DNA of 64,000 bases. Source: Octopus sinensis (lineage: Eukaryota). Where the stretch lies: assembly GCF_006345805.1 (NCBI RefSeq), contig NC_043004.1, positions 70,370,001-70,434,000 on the forward strand, written 5' to 3'. The position numbers were made by a program, and so were the translations under genes. Positions 27,533 to 40,195 of this stretch are shown here, one piece after another; the first letter of the stretch is position 1, and each line of letters begins with the position of its first letter. Under the pieces are notes generated by a model. That model saw only the letters and a list, made by a program, of their open reading frames with translations. It made no database searches and was not told the origin of the DNA.

Positions 27533-27641
27533 GCATAACCTGATGAGGTTTCTTCTGCTATGTAGGGTGCATTCAATTCCATTATATCATTCCACACCCA
27601 CTAGGGAGCAGTGTTGATGTAAGCCGAAACGATTGTCATGC
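27533..27641 (+). ncRNA. Hammerhead-ribozyme-like motif with long stem II
   Basis: CUGAUGA (27540-46); GGUUU/AAGCC closing stem II; GAAA (27626-29); near-palindromic ACGAUUGU stem III; GUC triplet. Stem I GCAU/AUGC is offset by 3 nt. AATAAA follows at 27644. Confidence 0.55.
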
Positions 27642-27866
27642 TAAATAAAGTTTACAGAAGACTCTGTCTTCCCTATAAATCATTTAGCATATACTAAACA
27701 TGCACCAAAGAATTCCATATGTAGATCCTGTGACTAAGGTGCAGTACAGCGAATGGTAGCCATATGTGGTGGTTATGCTCTCAAGGTTCACTACTACGGA
27801 CATACCCCAAACAAGGTTTAGATACTATGTTTTAAAGTCTCCTGTATAAACTTTAATTTCAAGCAT

Positions 27867-27920
<54 letters not shown>

Positions 27921-28205
27921 TTGTAAACAAACCTGGAGGCTTGATATGTTACAGAGAAAAAGTGATTGCAAGGGTCTTTTTTATACAATTGTAACTATAT
28001 AATAATATATGATAACAATAATAATATGTATATACTCCGATTAAAGCAAGATATATATATATATATATATATAAGTTCAGCAAAATTTAGATTCAAATGA
28101 ATATGGTACTTAAGTTAGATACACCAGAATTTTGTATGACGTTATCCATATAAATCCATGGGGTGATTATAATCAAAATAAGCAACAAGAATAACTTCAG
28201 TAATT

Positions 28206-28289
28206 TGGTACGATCGTTTCACGCTACATCATTTTATTAACTGTTGTAAGTATCACAACAGTTTTAAAATGTTGAGCAATCATCAGCCA
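28206..28289 (-). ncRNA. Type I hammerhead-ribozyme-like motif, Penelope style
   Basis: Minus strand reads UGG-CUGAUGA-[59-nt hairpin including perfect aactgttgt/acaacagtt]-GAAA-CGAUCG-UA-CCA. Stem III is the palindrome ACGAUCGU and the triplet is GUA. The stem II closing pair is non-canonical (U.U). Confidence 0.7.
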
Positions 28290-28882
28290 TTAATAGAGGT
28301 TTTCCATTAATACATAATTTTCATATCAATTGATAACATTATAGAGAAGGTAGATATATAGACAAAGATGTCGATTTAGATTTTAAGAACATTAAGGTAG
28401 TAGAGTTTATCAACTGACTGAAGAATATTCAGAATATTCATATATAGAGCAAACCTCTACCCAGTGAATTTACCAGCACAAGAACAAAAATTTAATGTAA
28501 GAATTACCACTTTGTTTACATTTCCATCACATATTATGTATCAATTATTTTCGCATCCCAACCGATGAATCTCTATATTCGCATTCTGAAGAGATTTACT
28601 TAAACCAGAAAATTGAAATGATCATAAATGCTACCCTCATCTCTGCCTCTTCCTTCTTTGTTACCTATTTAATTAAAGACATACCAGCAAAAACCATGAG
28701 TTTCCCATTGTTATTATATCCATTTTCTTCTCCTATACAACTTAAACTCCGGTTTACCAACCGAACCACCTGCTACCATACGACCTTACAAAAGACTGTA
28801 CTTACCCAGGTAATAACCAGGAGCAACTCTAGATTTGATTATCCCTTAGAGGTATTAAACCCCTCTAACTGATATATATATA

Positions 28883-29287
28883 TACTCTTTTACTCTTTTA
28901 CTTGTTTCAGTCATTTGACTGTTGCCATGCTGGAGCACCGCTTTTAGTCGAGCAAATCAACCCCGGGACTTATTCTTTGTAAGCCCAGTACTTATTCTAT
29001 CGGTCTCTTTTGCCGAACCGCTAAGTGATGGGGACGTAAACACACCAGCATCTGTTGTCAAGCAATGCTAGGGGGACAAACACAGACACACAAACATATA
29101 CACACACACTTATATATATATACATACAGGCTTCTTTCAGTTTCCATCTACCAAATCCACTCACAAGGCATTGGTCGGCCCAGGGCTATAGAAGAAGACA
29201 CTTGCCCAAGATGCCACGCAGTGGGACTGAACCTGAAACCATGTGGCTGGTTAGCAAGCTACTTACCACACAGCCACTCCTGCACCT
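28883..29287 (-). mobile_element. SINE family A, full length
   Basis: Same structure; inserted in a TA run. Confidence 0.88.
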
Positions 29288-29500
29288 ATATATATATATA
29301 TATATACACATACATATATGTATTTATGCATGTATGATAGTGATGATAACGACAGTTACCTTCATCAAAGATTAAGGAGAGTTTTCGCCCAAGAAAGGAC
29401 TCAATACATTTGAATGTAGTGTAAAACATTTATTTAAATACAGAGCATCCAACGATTGTAAAACAGTTTTGAAACTGGTAGGTCAAGGCCAATATGTATA

Positions 29501-29538
<38 letters not shown>

Positions 29539-29789
29539 TGTTTGTGTGTGTTTGTGTGTGTGTGTTTGTGTGTGTTTGTGTGTGTGTGTGTGTGTTTGTG
29601 TGTGTTTGTGTATGCGTGCATGCTTGCACAAGTGTTTGTGTGCGTGTGTAAGTATGTATATGTGTGTGTATGTGAAGTGTGTGCATAAGTGTATGCGTAA
29701 GAGTAGTTGCCTTTAAATGAAATATTGATATTGGTGAGTATGAATTGTGTGTTTGTGTACATGTATGTGTGTATGTGTGTGTGTGTGTT

Positions 29790-29828
<39 letters not shown>

Positions 29829-29889
29829 ATGGTGGTAGTAGTTTAAAATGGAATATTGAAAAATAAATGTGCATTTTATGGGTATGTAT

Positions 29890-29921
<32 letters not shown>

Positions 29922-29943
29922 TATAGACTATATATATACATTG

Positions 29944-30019
<76 letters not shown>

Positions 30020-30689
30020 ATATATATATATGTATGTATGTATGTATATATGTATATATATTTGTGTATTTTTATGAGAATATATACATTTATATGTATA
30101 TATATTCTTTTAGTCTTTTATTTGTTTCATTGTAAATATGCATATATGTATGAGTCTGTACGTGTGTGTGTAAGTGTGTGTGTGTGTTTGTGTAAGGGGA
30201 GTAGTTAATTTAAATGAAGTATTGACATAGAAATACATTATTGTGTGTGTGTGCATTTGGGTGTGTGTGAATGTGTTTTGGGTGGCAGAACATTTTCAAT
30301 TAAGTATTGATAAGAAACAAGAATATTTACACTAGTCCCCTCTGGTTGCAATAATTAAATTGCATTTTAACGGTTTGTTCAACAACTGGCAGTGGAAAGG
30401 AAAATAAAATGATCTTTTCTTAAATAGAGTTGGGGTGGGTGAGACAGTAATGATAGTGTTGATGGCTGATAGGAGAGAAAATGAATTTAGCTTTTATTTC
30501 TAGATAATTCTTCACAAATTCTGACTTGGAAATAAATGCTATTGAAGTAAAAGATAGAGAGAGCGAGTGAAAATAGATGGGGAAGGAGAGAGAGAGAGGG
30601 GTAGTGAAAGATAAATAGATAGAAAATGAAAGAGACAGAGATAAATATTTAGATAAGTATAGAGGGGGAGAGAGCGTGTGGGGAGGGAT

Positions 30690-31160
<471 letters not shown>

Positions 31161-32009
31161 GGCACCAAAGTGAAACAGAGAGAAAGGGAGATAGGTTGAC
31201 AGGTAGATAGACACTCTTCAAACATAGGAGATGAAGAGAGAAAAAAGCAAATAAATAAAAGAAAAAATTTAATATTTTAAAACTCTTAAAACTTTTTGTT
31301 TATTTTTTTTTTCACTTAAGTAGGTGTTTGCTTTTTTCTTTTTCCAAAAAAATTAATATTAACATCTTGTATATATCTTTACTCTTCAGAACAGTTTTAC
31401 TCAATTGTTTATTGCTATTATTGTAGTGAGTTGGCAGAATTGTTTGCTTGGTAGCCCAACTTCTGGCTTTGTTATTTCTGAGTTCAAATGCCACTAGGAT
31501 TCAGTTTGTCTTTCAAGCCCCACTCCCTCAAAATTCCAGACCTTGGGCCTAGAGTTAAAAGAATTATTATCCAACTTCTTTATTTTTATATTTTTGTATG
31601 CTATGCATATGTCCCTTCTTTTCTGGTGGATACTGTGTAAAAATTAGGTTTTTTTTTTTTATGATTTCATTATTATATATAAACCCTTACACTTTATGTC
31701 TGTCTCTGTATTGTCTCCCTAATCCTTCGCCCTTGTGTGAAATAAATGAAATCATCATCATCATCATCATCATTATCATTGGGATCGATCCGATACTGGA
31801 CAAGGATTCTGGATTATTTTCCTGGTTTTTTTTTTACTTAATTTTTGAGAGCAGTTGGGTTCATTTTTAATATTGTGAGAGCAGTTGAGTTTATATCAGA
31901 TATTCTCATTTTAAAAATCATCTCTAGCTAATCATTGAGAAGACGTTGGTGTTACCTTGGCAGAGTTTTGCACTCTCTGAGTGCTCTTGTTATTATTATT
32001 ATTAGTAGA

Positions 32010-32220
32010 AAGGCATAAAACCTGGCAGAATTGTTAGCAAGCTAGACAAAATACTTAACAGCATTTCTTCCAACTCTATACTTTGTGTTCAAATTCCATT
32101 CAAGTTGACTTTGCCTTTCATTCTTGATAAAAAAAAGTCCCAGTTGAGCACTGGAGTCAATATGGTGATCAAACTCCTCCCCCTTAAATTACTAGCCTTC
32201 TGTCAAAATTGAAAGAATTA
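32010..32220 (+). mobile_element. SINE family B, degenerate
   Basis: ctggcagaattgttagc...gttcaaattcc...gttgactttgcctttcat is homologous to the 62857 copy. Confidence 0.65.
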
Positions 32221-32290
32221 TTGCTTTAATATACTGAAGTGGACATCTATGTTAGAACTCTGCACAAAAGTAATTTATAATGGATTACCT

Positions 32291-32520
32291 TCATCATCAT
32301 CATCACTTAATGTCTGTTTTCCATGCTGACATGGGTGAGACAAACAGGAGTTGGTCAGCTGAACATCTGTCCAGGTTCTTTGTTTGTTTCGACATGGTTT
32401 CTATAGCTGCGTTCCCTTCCTAATGTCAACCACTTTACAGAGTGTATTGGGTGCTTTTATGCAGCACTGGCACCGGTGTTTTTTTATGTGGCACCAGCAC
32501 CAATGAGCCTGCAAGATTAG
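32291..32520 (-). mobile_element. RTE-type 3' UTR fragment
   Basis: (CAT)n, then ttaatgtctgttttccatgc and cccttcctaatgtcaaccact, homologous to the RTE terminus. Confidence 0.7.
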
Positions 32521-32706
32521 GAATGCTCAGCAGGCGAAGGTTGCAAGGGACAAGCCTGTATGCAAGGACAACCATGCTTTTATTTAGCTTGGCATGTCTG
32601 GCATGTCTTTTCAAGCACAGCAAACTGCCAGGAGACTTGGTCCCCTGTCATTTTATGAATAAAAATAATAATAATAAAAATACCTAACGGATAAAAATAA
32701 TTGTAA

Positions 32707-33131
32707 TACTCTTTTACTCTTTTATTTGTTTCAGTCATTTGAGTGCTACCATGCTGGAGCACCGCCTTTAGTCAAACAAATCAACCCCAGGACTTATTCT
32801 TTGTAAGCTTAGTACTTATTCTATTGGTCTCTTTGCTGAACTGCTAAGTTATGGGGACGTAAACACACCAGCATCGGTTGTCAAGCAATGGTGAGTGGGG
32901 GGGACAAGCACAGACACACAAACATATATACACATATACACACATATATACATATATACATATATACAACGGGCTTCTTTCAGTTTCCGTCTACCAAATC
33001 CACTCACAAGGCTTTGGTTGGCCTGAGGCTATAGTAGAAGACACTTAACCCAAGGTACCACACAGTGGGACTGAACCCAGAACCATATGGTTGGTAAGCT
33101 AGCTATTTACCACACAGCCAGTCCTGCGCCT
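32707..33131 (-). mobile_element. SINE family A, full length
   Basis: Same structure. Confidence 0.87.
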
Positions 33132-33583
33132 ATATGATAAAATAGTTTGTTTTTTTTGGTTCTAGTTATACTAACAGACAGCTTTCATATTACCTGGAGT
33201 AAAAGAAATATTTGTGTTTAGTCATTTTTAACTGTTTATATTTTGTTGGCAAATAAGCACATATGATATTTGTACACATTGCAAGTTGATTGTTTGAAAA
33301 GTAGCAGGAAGTGGCCCTCATTGTAATAGTACTAACTGTAGACTCAATAACAATCAAAACAAGTTGTTGAGTTATTTTCAAATGAAAAACAGAAATTCTA
33401 AAGAATAACAAACCAGCAAACAATGGGAAAAAAGTTAAAGAAACAAGCAGAGCTTCAAGCTTAAACACTTACAGTTGAATGATAGAAGACACACACACAC
33501 ACAAATTTTTTAAAATATAATAGCGTTGGGAACATTAATTTAAATAGAAAATAAGCAGTACAAAGAGAAGTGACAAAATTAGG

Positions 33584-33629
<46 letters not shown>

Positions 33630-34173
33630 CACACGTATTGAGAAGAGCATTGTCGATGTGAGAACTGTTGCTGCTCATGTATTTTAATTTAACTTAAAAA
33701 AAAAATTTTTTTTTTAAATTAACGAACTATTGAGTTTGGTTTAATGGCCTACCAATGTATACTATGAGTTTCTTTGCCCTAGGAGTCGGGAAGACACTCG
33801 GCAAGAAATGGAAGCAAATTTGAAAGAAGAAAAAAAAAAGTAATAATAATGATAATAATAATAATAATGTTTCATTAGTTTGCAAATATTTTAGGTCACA
33901 AGAAGATCCTCAATATGAGTCATTTCAAAGAAAAGAGAAGGCATGAAAGAGGTGCATCACAAAAGATAGTGCTTCTTTTCCCAATGAATTTATCCAAGAA
34001 AGAGCAAGGACGAAGTTGATATAGATCTGTTTTACCTAAAAGAAAAAAAGCTATCTTTCATTTTTCTTTAAAAGAGGAGCTGAAAATATGTTTAGCCAAA
34101 CATGTAACAGAATGAGATTACCATCAACCAGAGAAGCACACAAGAAAATGTGTGTGTGCCTGGTCCTTTAAAC

Positions 34174-34361
34174 CAGTGCTCCACAACCATTTTTCACTTG
34201 CGGCACACTTATATTTCTTTTCAAAATTCAGTGACACACCTGAACTGAAAATATAACTAAAAGTAAAGGGAAAAAATTACATATTCAGATTACACTGTGG
34301 CACACCTAGCATTGTCTCATGGCACACTGGTGTGCCATGGTATTCTGGTTGCAGAGCACTG
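34174..34361. mobile_element. hAT-type MITE, 188 bp
   Basis: TIR cagtgctccacaacc / ggttgcagagcactg; decayed 8-bp TSD ctttaaac / ttttacac; internal 10-bp palindrome catggcacac-tg-gtgtgccatg. Confidence 0.7.
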
Positions 34362-34508
34362 TTTTACACTGATATACAATTAACACATATCCATGTACAT
34401 TGACACACACACACAAACACACATGAATATATATTCATATATAGTCTCTCACATACATACATACATACATACATACTTACATCAATACACCATTCATACT
34501 TACATATA

Positions 34509-34938
34509 TTCTTTTATTCTTTTATCTGTTTCATTCATTTGACTGTGGCCATGCTGGGACACCGCTTTTAGTCGAACAAATCAACCCCAGGACTTCTTCT
34601 TCGTAAGCCTAGTACTTATTCTATCAGTCTCTTTTTGCTGAACTGCTAAGCTAAGGGGGACGTAAACAAACCAACATCGGTTGTCAAGTGATGCGGGGGG
34701 GGGGACAAATACAGACAAATACAAACATACACACATACACATATATGTATACATATATTTATATATATATATACATCAGTCTTCTTTCAGTTTCCATCTA
34801 CCAAATCCATTCACAAGGATTTGGTCGGCCCGAGGCTATAATAGAAGACACTTGCCCAAGGTGCCATGCAGTGGGATTGAATCCAGAACCATGTGGTTGG
34901 TAAGCAAGCTACTTACCATACAACCACTCCTGCACCTA
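34509..34938 (-). mobile_element. SINE family A, full length
   Basis: Same structure. Confidence 0.87.
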
Positions 34939-35021
34939 TGGGGTAAATTTTTAAAGTACTCTCTGTTGTACTGGCAGAAAAAGAAATGTAAAAACAAATG
35001 CAAAAACAACTCAAACTAATA

Positions 35022-35152
35022 ACCACAAAGCCTGAAATTCGGGGGAAAGGGCTTGTCGATTACAATGACCCTAGTGCCCAACTAGTACTTAATTTATTGG
35101 CCCTGAAAGGATGAAAGGCAAAGTCGACTTTGGTGGAATTTGAAATCAGAAC
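35022..35152 (-). mobile_element. SINE family B, 3' part
   Basis: gaaaggatgaaaggcaaagtcgac...gaatttgaa is shared with the 18219 copy. Confidence 0.7.
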
Positions 35153-35384
35153 ATAAATGTACTTTAATTGGACTGAAATATAAAAATAGAAATTCATTTG
35201 TGTGTGTGTGTGTGCATGCAAGTGCGTGTGTGTGCTTGTGTGTATGTGTGTGTGCATGAATGTGTATGCTTATTTGCCTGTGTGTATCTATGTGTGTTGT
35301 TTTCTTTACACATATAAGATCTTTGAGACAAAATAGCAATTGGTAGTTACGGATGCAAAGATCTTCATTGCCATCATAACTGTC

Positions 35385-35421
<37 letters not shown>

Positions 35422-35974
35422 CAATCATTTTCATCATCTTTGTCCTCTTCTTCCTCCACCTCATTATCATCATTCAAGTCATCGTTATCGTTAGCATCAT
35501 AATCATCATCAGCCGATTGCCATCATCATATTCATTATCATAATCATCATCATCATTTCAATCATAACCCATCCTCATCAGTGTCACCGCAATCATCCTC
35601 ATCGCCGTCATCATTGTCATTCTCATCATCCATCGTTGTCATCCTCTTACTCATTCTCATTATCAAAATCATCATCATTACCATCCTCATCATTGTCATT
35701 TAGGAATTATCCGCATTATCTTCATTTCCATTCCCATCGTCATCATTAGCCACAATAGCAGCAACATTGTTAACTATCATTTTCTTCAGTGACATCATGG
35801 TCATCATAAGTCATCATCATCATCCTCATCATCCTCATCATCCCCACCACCACCACCACCACCACCACCACCGCCATCATCATCATCATCATCATCCTCA
35901 ATGTTATCATTATCTTCCCCATAATCATTTTCATTGTCATCATCATCATCATTGTTGTCACCATCATCATTGTC

Positions 35975-36014
<40 letters not shown>

Positions 36015-36704
36015 CATCATCATCATCTCTTCTTAATTAAATGTTTAATCTCTCTTCCATAGCGGTACATTGGTGTATCAGCGACGGTATCTCATACCAA
36101 ACTAGCATCATTAACCTCACCTATTTGTCATCTCTAATATGGCCAACAACCAGTTACCAACTCACCTTATTAGTAAACTAACTGAACGACATAAAACTTG
36201 TCTGCCCTGTTAATTAAGACAATTCATGGAACAGTCAACAACTGCTACAAGGAAAGCAAAAGCATAGCAACAAGCTTCTCGACCACACAGCCACGCACCC
36301 CTCACCTTTCTCTTGATTAGGGAAACTGACCGGGAGTTAATTCTCGAGGGTCAGTTACCTCAGAGTAATTGTCTAGCAGGAAGTAGGAAGTGAGGTCAGT
36401 TACATAAAGGGTTGCTGTCTAGATACCAGTTTCCTGGTAACAGTTTTGGTGGGAGGGAGTTAGTCTGTTTTTGACAGAGATCTTTAGCACTTGTGTCCAC
36501 ATGCCTGACACTGGTTCTGATTCTATGAAGCAAATTGATCTATTTTATATCAAACCTGCCAATTATAATCTTTTCTTTTAGTCTTTTTTTTTTGTCTTTG
36601 TCTTTCACTGGTTACAATCAATGGAACGTGGTCATACTGGGGCACCAGCTTGAAGGATTTACTCAAAGAGTTTGGTTTATTTTAAGTACTTTTTCTATAT
36701 AAAG

Positions 36705-36838
36705 GCACATGGCTCAGTAGTTAGATAATCGGGCTCACAATCATAAGGTAGTGAGTTCGATTCCTGGGCTGGGCTGTGTGCTGTTCCTGAGCAAGACACT
36801 TTATCTCACATTGCTCCAGTTCACTCAGTTGTAGAAAT
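36705..36838 (+). mobile_element. SINE family C, head only
   Basis: TGGCTCAGTAG A box, GAGTTCGATTCC B box, ctgagcaagacacttta; homologous to the 63522 copy. Confidence 0.78.
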
Positions 36839-36950
36839 GTGTGTGTGTGTGTGTGTGTGTTTATGTATATATAGTAAATCCCCAAAAAACAACACAAAGA
36901 TGTGGTACATGTAAAGTATTAGCAGACGCTCAGGGAAGGAAAGAAAGGTG

Positions 36951-36985
36951 GTTTTATATTTTGAGCAAAGCTCTTCTTCAGAAAC
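36951..36985 (-). ncRNA. Decayed minimal hammerhead motif (copy 1)
   Basis: GUUU-CUGAAGA-A-GAGC-UUU-GCUC-aaaa-ua-UA-AAAC. The GAAA and CG positions have decayed at CpGs; homologous to the 38345 copy. Confidence 0.55.
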
Positions 36986-37102
36986 AGGAGACAGATGAAA
37001 GTCCAATAGAAAAGGAAGACAGGGGAAAAAATCGCCTACAATTTACATGTGGTTACATTTTGAAATATATATATATATATATATATATATGTGTATATAT
37101 AT

Positions 37103-37146
<44 letters not shown>

Positions 37147-37181
37147 ATATATACACATGTATATATAATGTATATATATAT

Positions 37182-37213
<32 letters not shown>

Positions 37214-37309
37214 CATACATACATACATATACATATACGTGTGTGTGTGTACATAATACATAGTCAGATAGCTTGATAGATAGATGGGTAGATAGATAGA
37301 TAGATAGAT

Positions 37310-37520
37310 AGAAATGTGTTGCGACGTCACTGGTGCCAAGCTGTATTGGGCCTTTGCCTTTCCCTTGGATAACATTGGTGACATGGAGAGTAAAGGCTGG
37401 TATGCATGGGCAACTACTGGTCTTCTATAAAGGATCTTCCCTGGACCTGTGCCTCAGAGGGTAAACTTTTTAGGTGCAATCCCACAGTCATTCGTGACCG
37501 AAGACGGTCTTTACCCTTTA
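37310..37520 (+). mobile_element. LINE-like (probably RTE) 3' fragment
   Basis: gggtaaactttttaggtgcaatcccacagtcattcgtgaccgaag...tctttacccttt, recognised as a recurrent non-LTR 3' end; not verified. Confidence 0.35.
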
Positions 37521-37622
37521 CGTATTTATTCCATTCTATTCTCTTTTGCTAAACCACGAAGTTACATTGACACTAAGAAAAACCAACACTGATTATGAAA
37601 CAGCATGAGACAAAAACAAAGA

Positions 37623-37655
<33 letters not shown>

Positions 37656-38344
37656 CACACACACATACACACACACACACACACACCACACACAGGCGCC
37701 AACATACTTTCCATGTATCAAATTCACCCATAAGGCCCAAGGCTATAGGAAATACTTGTTATAAATTGCACTATATTTGCAAACACCAATTAAATAATGA
37801 TTAACTGTTTTTATTTAATCCTTGCACAAGTCTTGATTGCTTTCCAAAAACAAGTGAAGCACTTTGGTGATGTATTTCACTGAAAATATGGTGACAAAAT
37901 GTTTTCCTGTTAAAAATGAGTTAAGTAGTTGTTTATTAATCAACAACACTTCTACTTAAGGTGAAAGCACAAACTATCACCGCTTTCATTCGAGAGTCAG
38001 TCCAACTGTTGAGACTGCAAAAGGTCAATAGAACCAACCATCTCGTGTGTTCACATCTGTTCTTGGTAGCTTCAATTGGTTTGTGAAGTGCTGTTGTTCA
38101 TACTTTGATAAAAAAAATATATGACATCACTCCGAAGATGATGTAGAAATTGTGGTAATTAAACATGCATACACGTACAAATTCCCTCACATGTACTCAT
38201 ATGAGTGTATGTATGTGTGTATATATATATATATATATAGTAAATCAAAAGAAACAAAGAACAAACGCAAAAAAAAAAAAACAACGCAAGGACGTGGTAC
38301 ATGTAAAGTATTAGCAGATGCTCAGAGAAGGAAAGAAAGGTGGT

Positions 38345-38377
38345 TTTTACGTTTCAAGCAAAACTCTTCTTCAGAAA
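38345..38377 (-). ncRNA. Minimal type I hammerhead motif (copy 2, core intact)
   Basis: UUU-CUGAAGA-A-GAGU-UUU-GCUU-GAAA-CG-UA-AAA. Stem III is the palindrome ACGU and the triplet is GUA. Confidence 0.68.
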
Positions 38378-38477
38378 CAGGAGATAGAGGAAATTCCAAT
38401 AGAAAACGAAGATGGAGGGGAAAAAAATCACCACCGATTCACATGTGGTTACATTTTGAAAAATATATATACATATA

Positions 38478-39419
38478 CCGTAAATCCTCGAGTATAGTCC
38501 ACCCTTGAGTATAATACGCAGGGGATTTTTAGGGGGCTGTATCTCTGAGAAACTTAAACCTTGTGTATAATATGCACCCCTTCTCTAACTCGAGTCAAGG
38601 AGCTCTATATAACATTCTTGGTTTGTAAAAATGTATACGGTAATGTCCTTTATTATTGCCTTCTTTATCTTTGGTATCTGTTTAATTTCATCTTTATTTC
38701 TTCTCTATAACCTGACATTGCTTTTCTCAACATCAAATTTTCTTCCGGCGGCCCTGTTACCATGCTCTTCAGCATATGATATAATTTCAGGTTTAAACAT
38801 AGCTGAATAATATCTACGAGGCATTTTATGGGCAAGTAATGTATAAAATGTCTTATTGGAGATTAATGTACAGGTTTAAGTCTCGCTTATAAAAAACCCT
38901 AGTAAAGACCAATAGTAGTTCAAACATTTAATACTAGTATTTAATTAAGTATCTATTGTTTGCCAATACAAACAGCAGGAGGAACTATTTAGTGCTAAAC
39001 TATTAAGCACAATTCATGCGTAATTAAGCCAGCAGCACCTAGTCAAACAAACACTTCCGCGCATGCCCAATACAATAATGGTGATGTTCTTAACTGCTAT
39101 ATGGGAATGTAAATATGTTTGCAACTTGTTTTTGTAACATGTTATTCTGTGTTCTGAATACTTTTATTTTAATAAATGTTGCTTACTGCAAGTTATGGAT
39201 GATTCTTTTATGACTTCATTGCTTTCAGGCTTAGCTTAAGGTATTTTCACGCCCGACATCCCATAATGCGTCTGAATAAACATTGCCGGACAGCAAATAA
39301 AGGCTCGGACATTGCTTAGAAAATACTTTTCATTTTTAACCGCGTATATAGTACACACAAGGGATTTTGACCTTTTAAATTTTTGGAAAAAAATGCGGAT
39401 TATACTCGAGGATTTACGG
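38478..39419 (-). mobile_element. pogo/Tigger-like internally deleted DNA transposon, 942 bp
   Basis: TA|CCGTAAATCCTCGAGTATA ... TATACTCGAGGATTTACGG|TA. Minus strand 38824-38645 gives MPRRYYSAMFKPEIISYAEEHGNRAAGRKFDVEKSNVRL*, a Brinker/pogo-type N-terminal HTH with a stop. Confidence 0.88.
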
Positions 39420-39944
39420 TACATATACAGTGGAGAAGGCTAGCCACTAGATTTGGTTAAAAAGAGACGATGAGTGATGGCTAGAAGGATATTGAGTTTA
39501 ACTTCATAACCAGCTGATCTAGCAAGTGGGGCTTCATATCAGTGAGGGGGGCTGGTGTGCATTGATGCCGTCGAGAGGTAGGCCCCGAAACGGTGCGCAT
39601 TCTCTCCTGATGACCCCATACACTTGCTAGCTTCCGGTATACGGAGCTTTTGACTGGTAGCACTTGCATGTGCAAGTTGTTTGCAAGACATATATATATA
39701 TATACATATACATATGTACATATATATATATACATATATATATACATATATATATACATATATATATATATACATATACACATACATATATATATATACA
39801 TATAGATATACACATATATATATATATACATATATATACATATATATGTACGTACATACATAGTTAAATAGCTTGATAGATGGATAGATGGATAGATAGA
39901 TATGCATAAACATACATGCAGTTATACATATGTGCATTATCATT

Positions 39945-40195
39945 ATCATCATGATCTTCACTTTTATGTCCACTTTTGCATGAGTTGGATGGAGTTTAAT
40001 GGGACAGATTCTCTGCAGCTGGATACCCTTCCTGTCACCAACCCTCACCTCTTCCAAGCACACCAACATTTCCCTATCACCGGACATGTATTCACAGAAA
40101 GAATATTAGAAATGAATGACACTGCTTGTATGACAGTGAAACTCATTTGCAGCTATCATGTCATGCCAAGACAAGGAGGCACAAACACACACACG
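39945..40195 (-). mobile_element. RTE-tailed SINE variant, 3' part
   Basis: gctggatacccttcctgtcaccaaccctcacct plus a (CAT)n end; reverse-homologous to 41400-41633. Confidence 0.65.
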
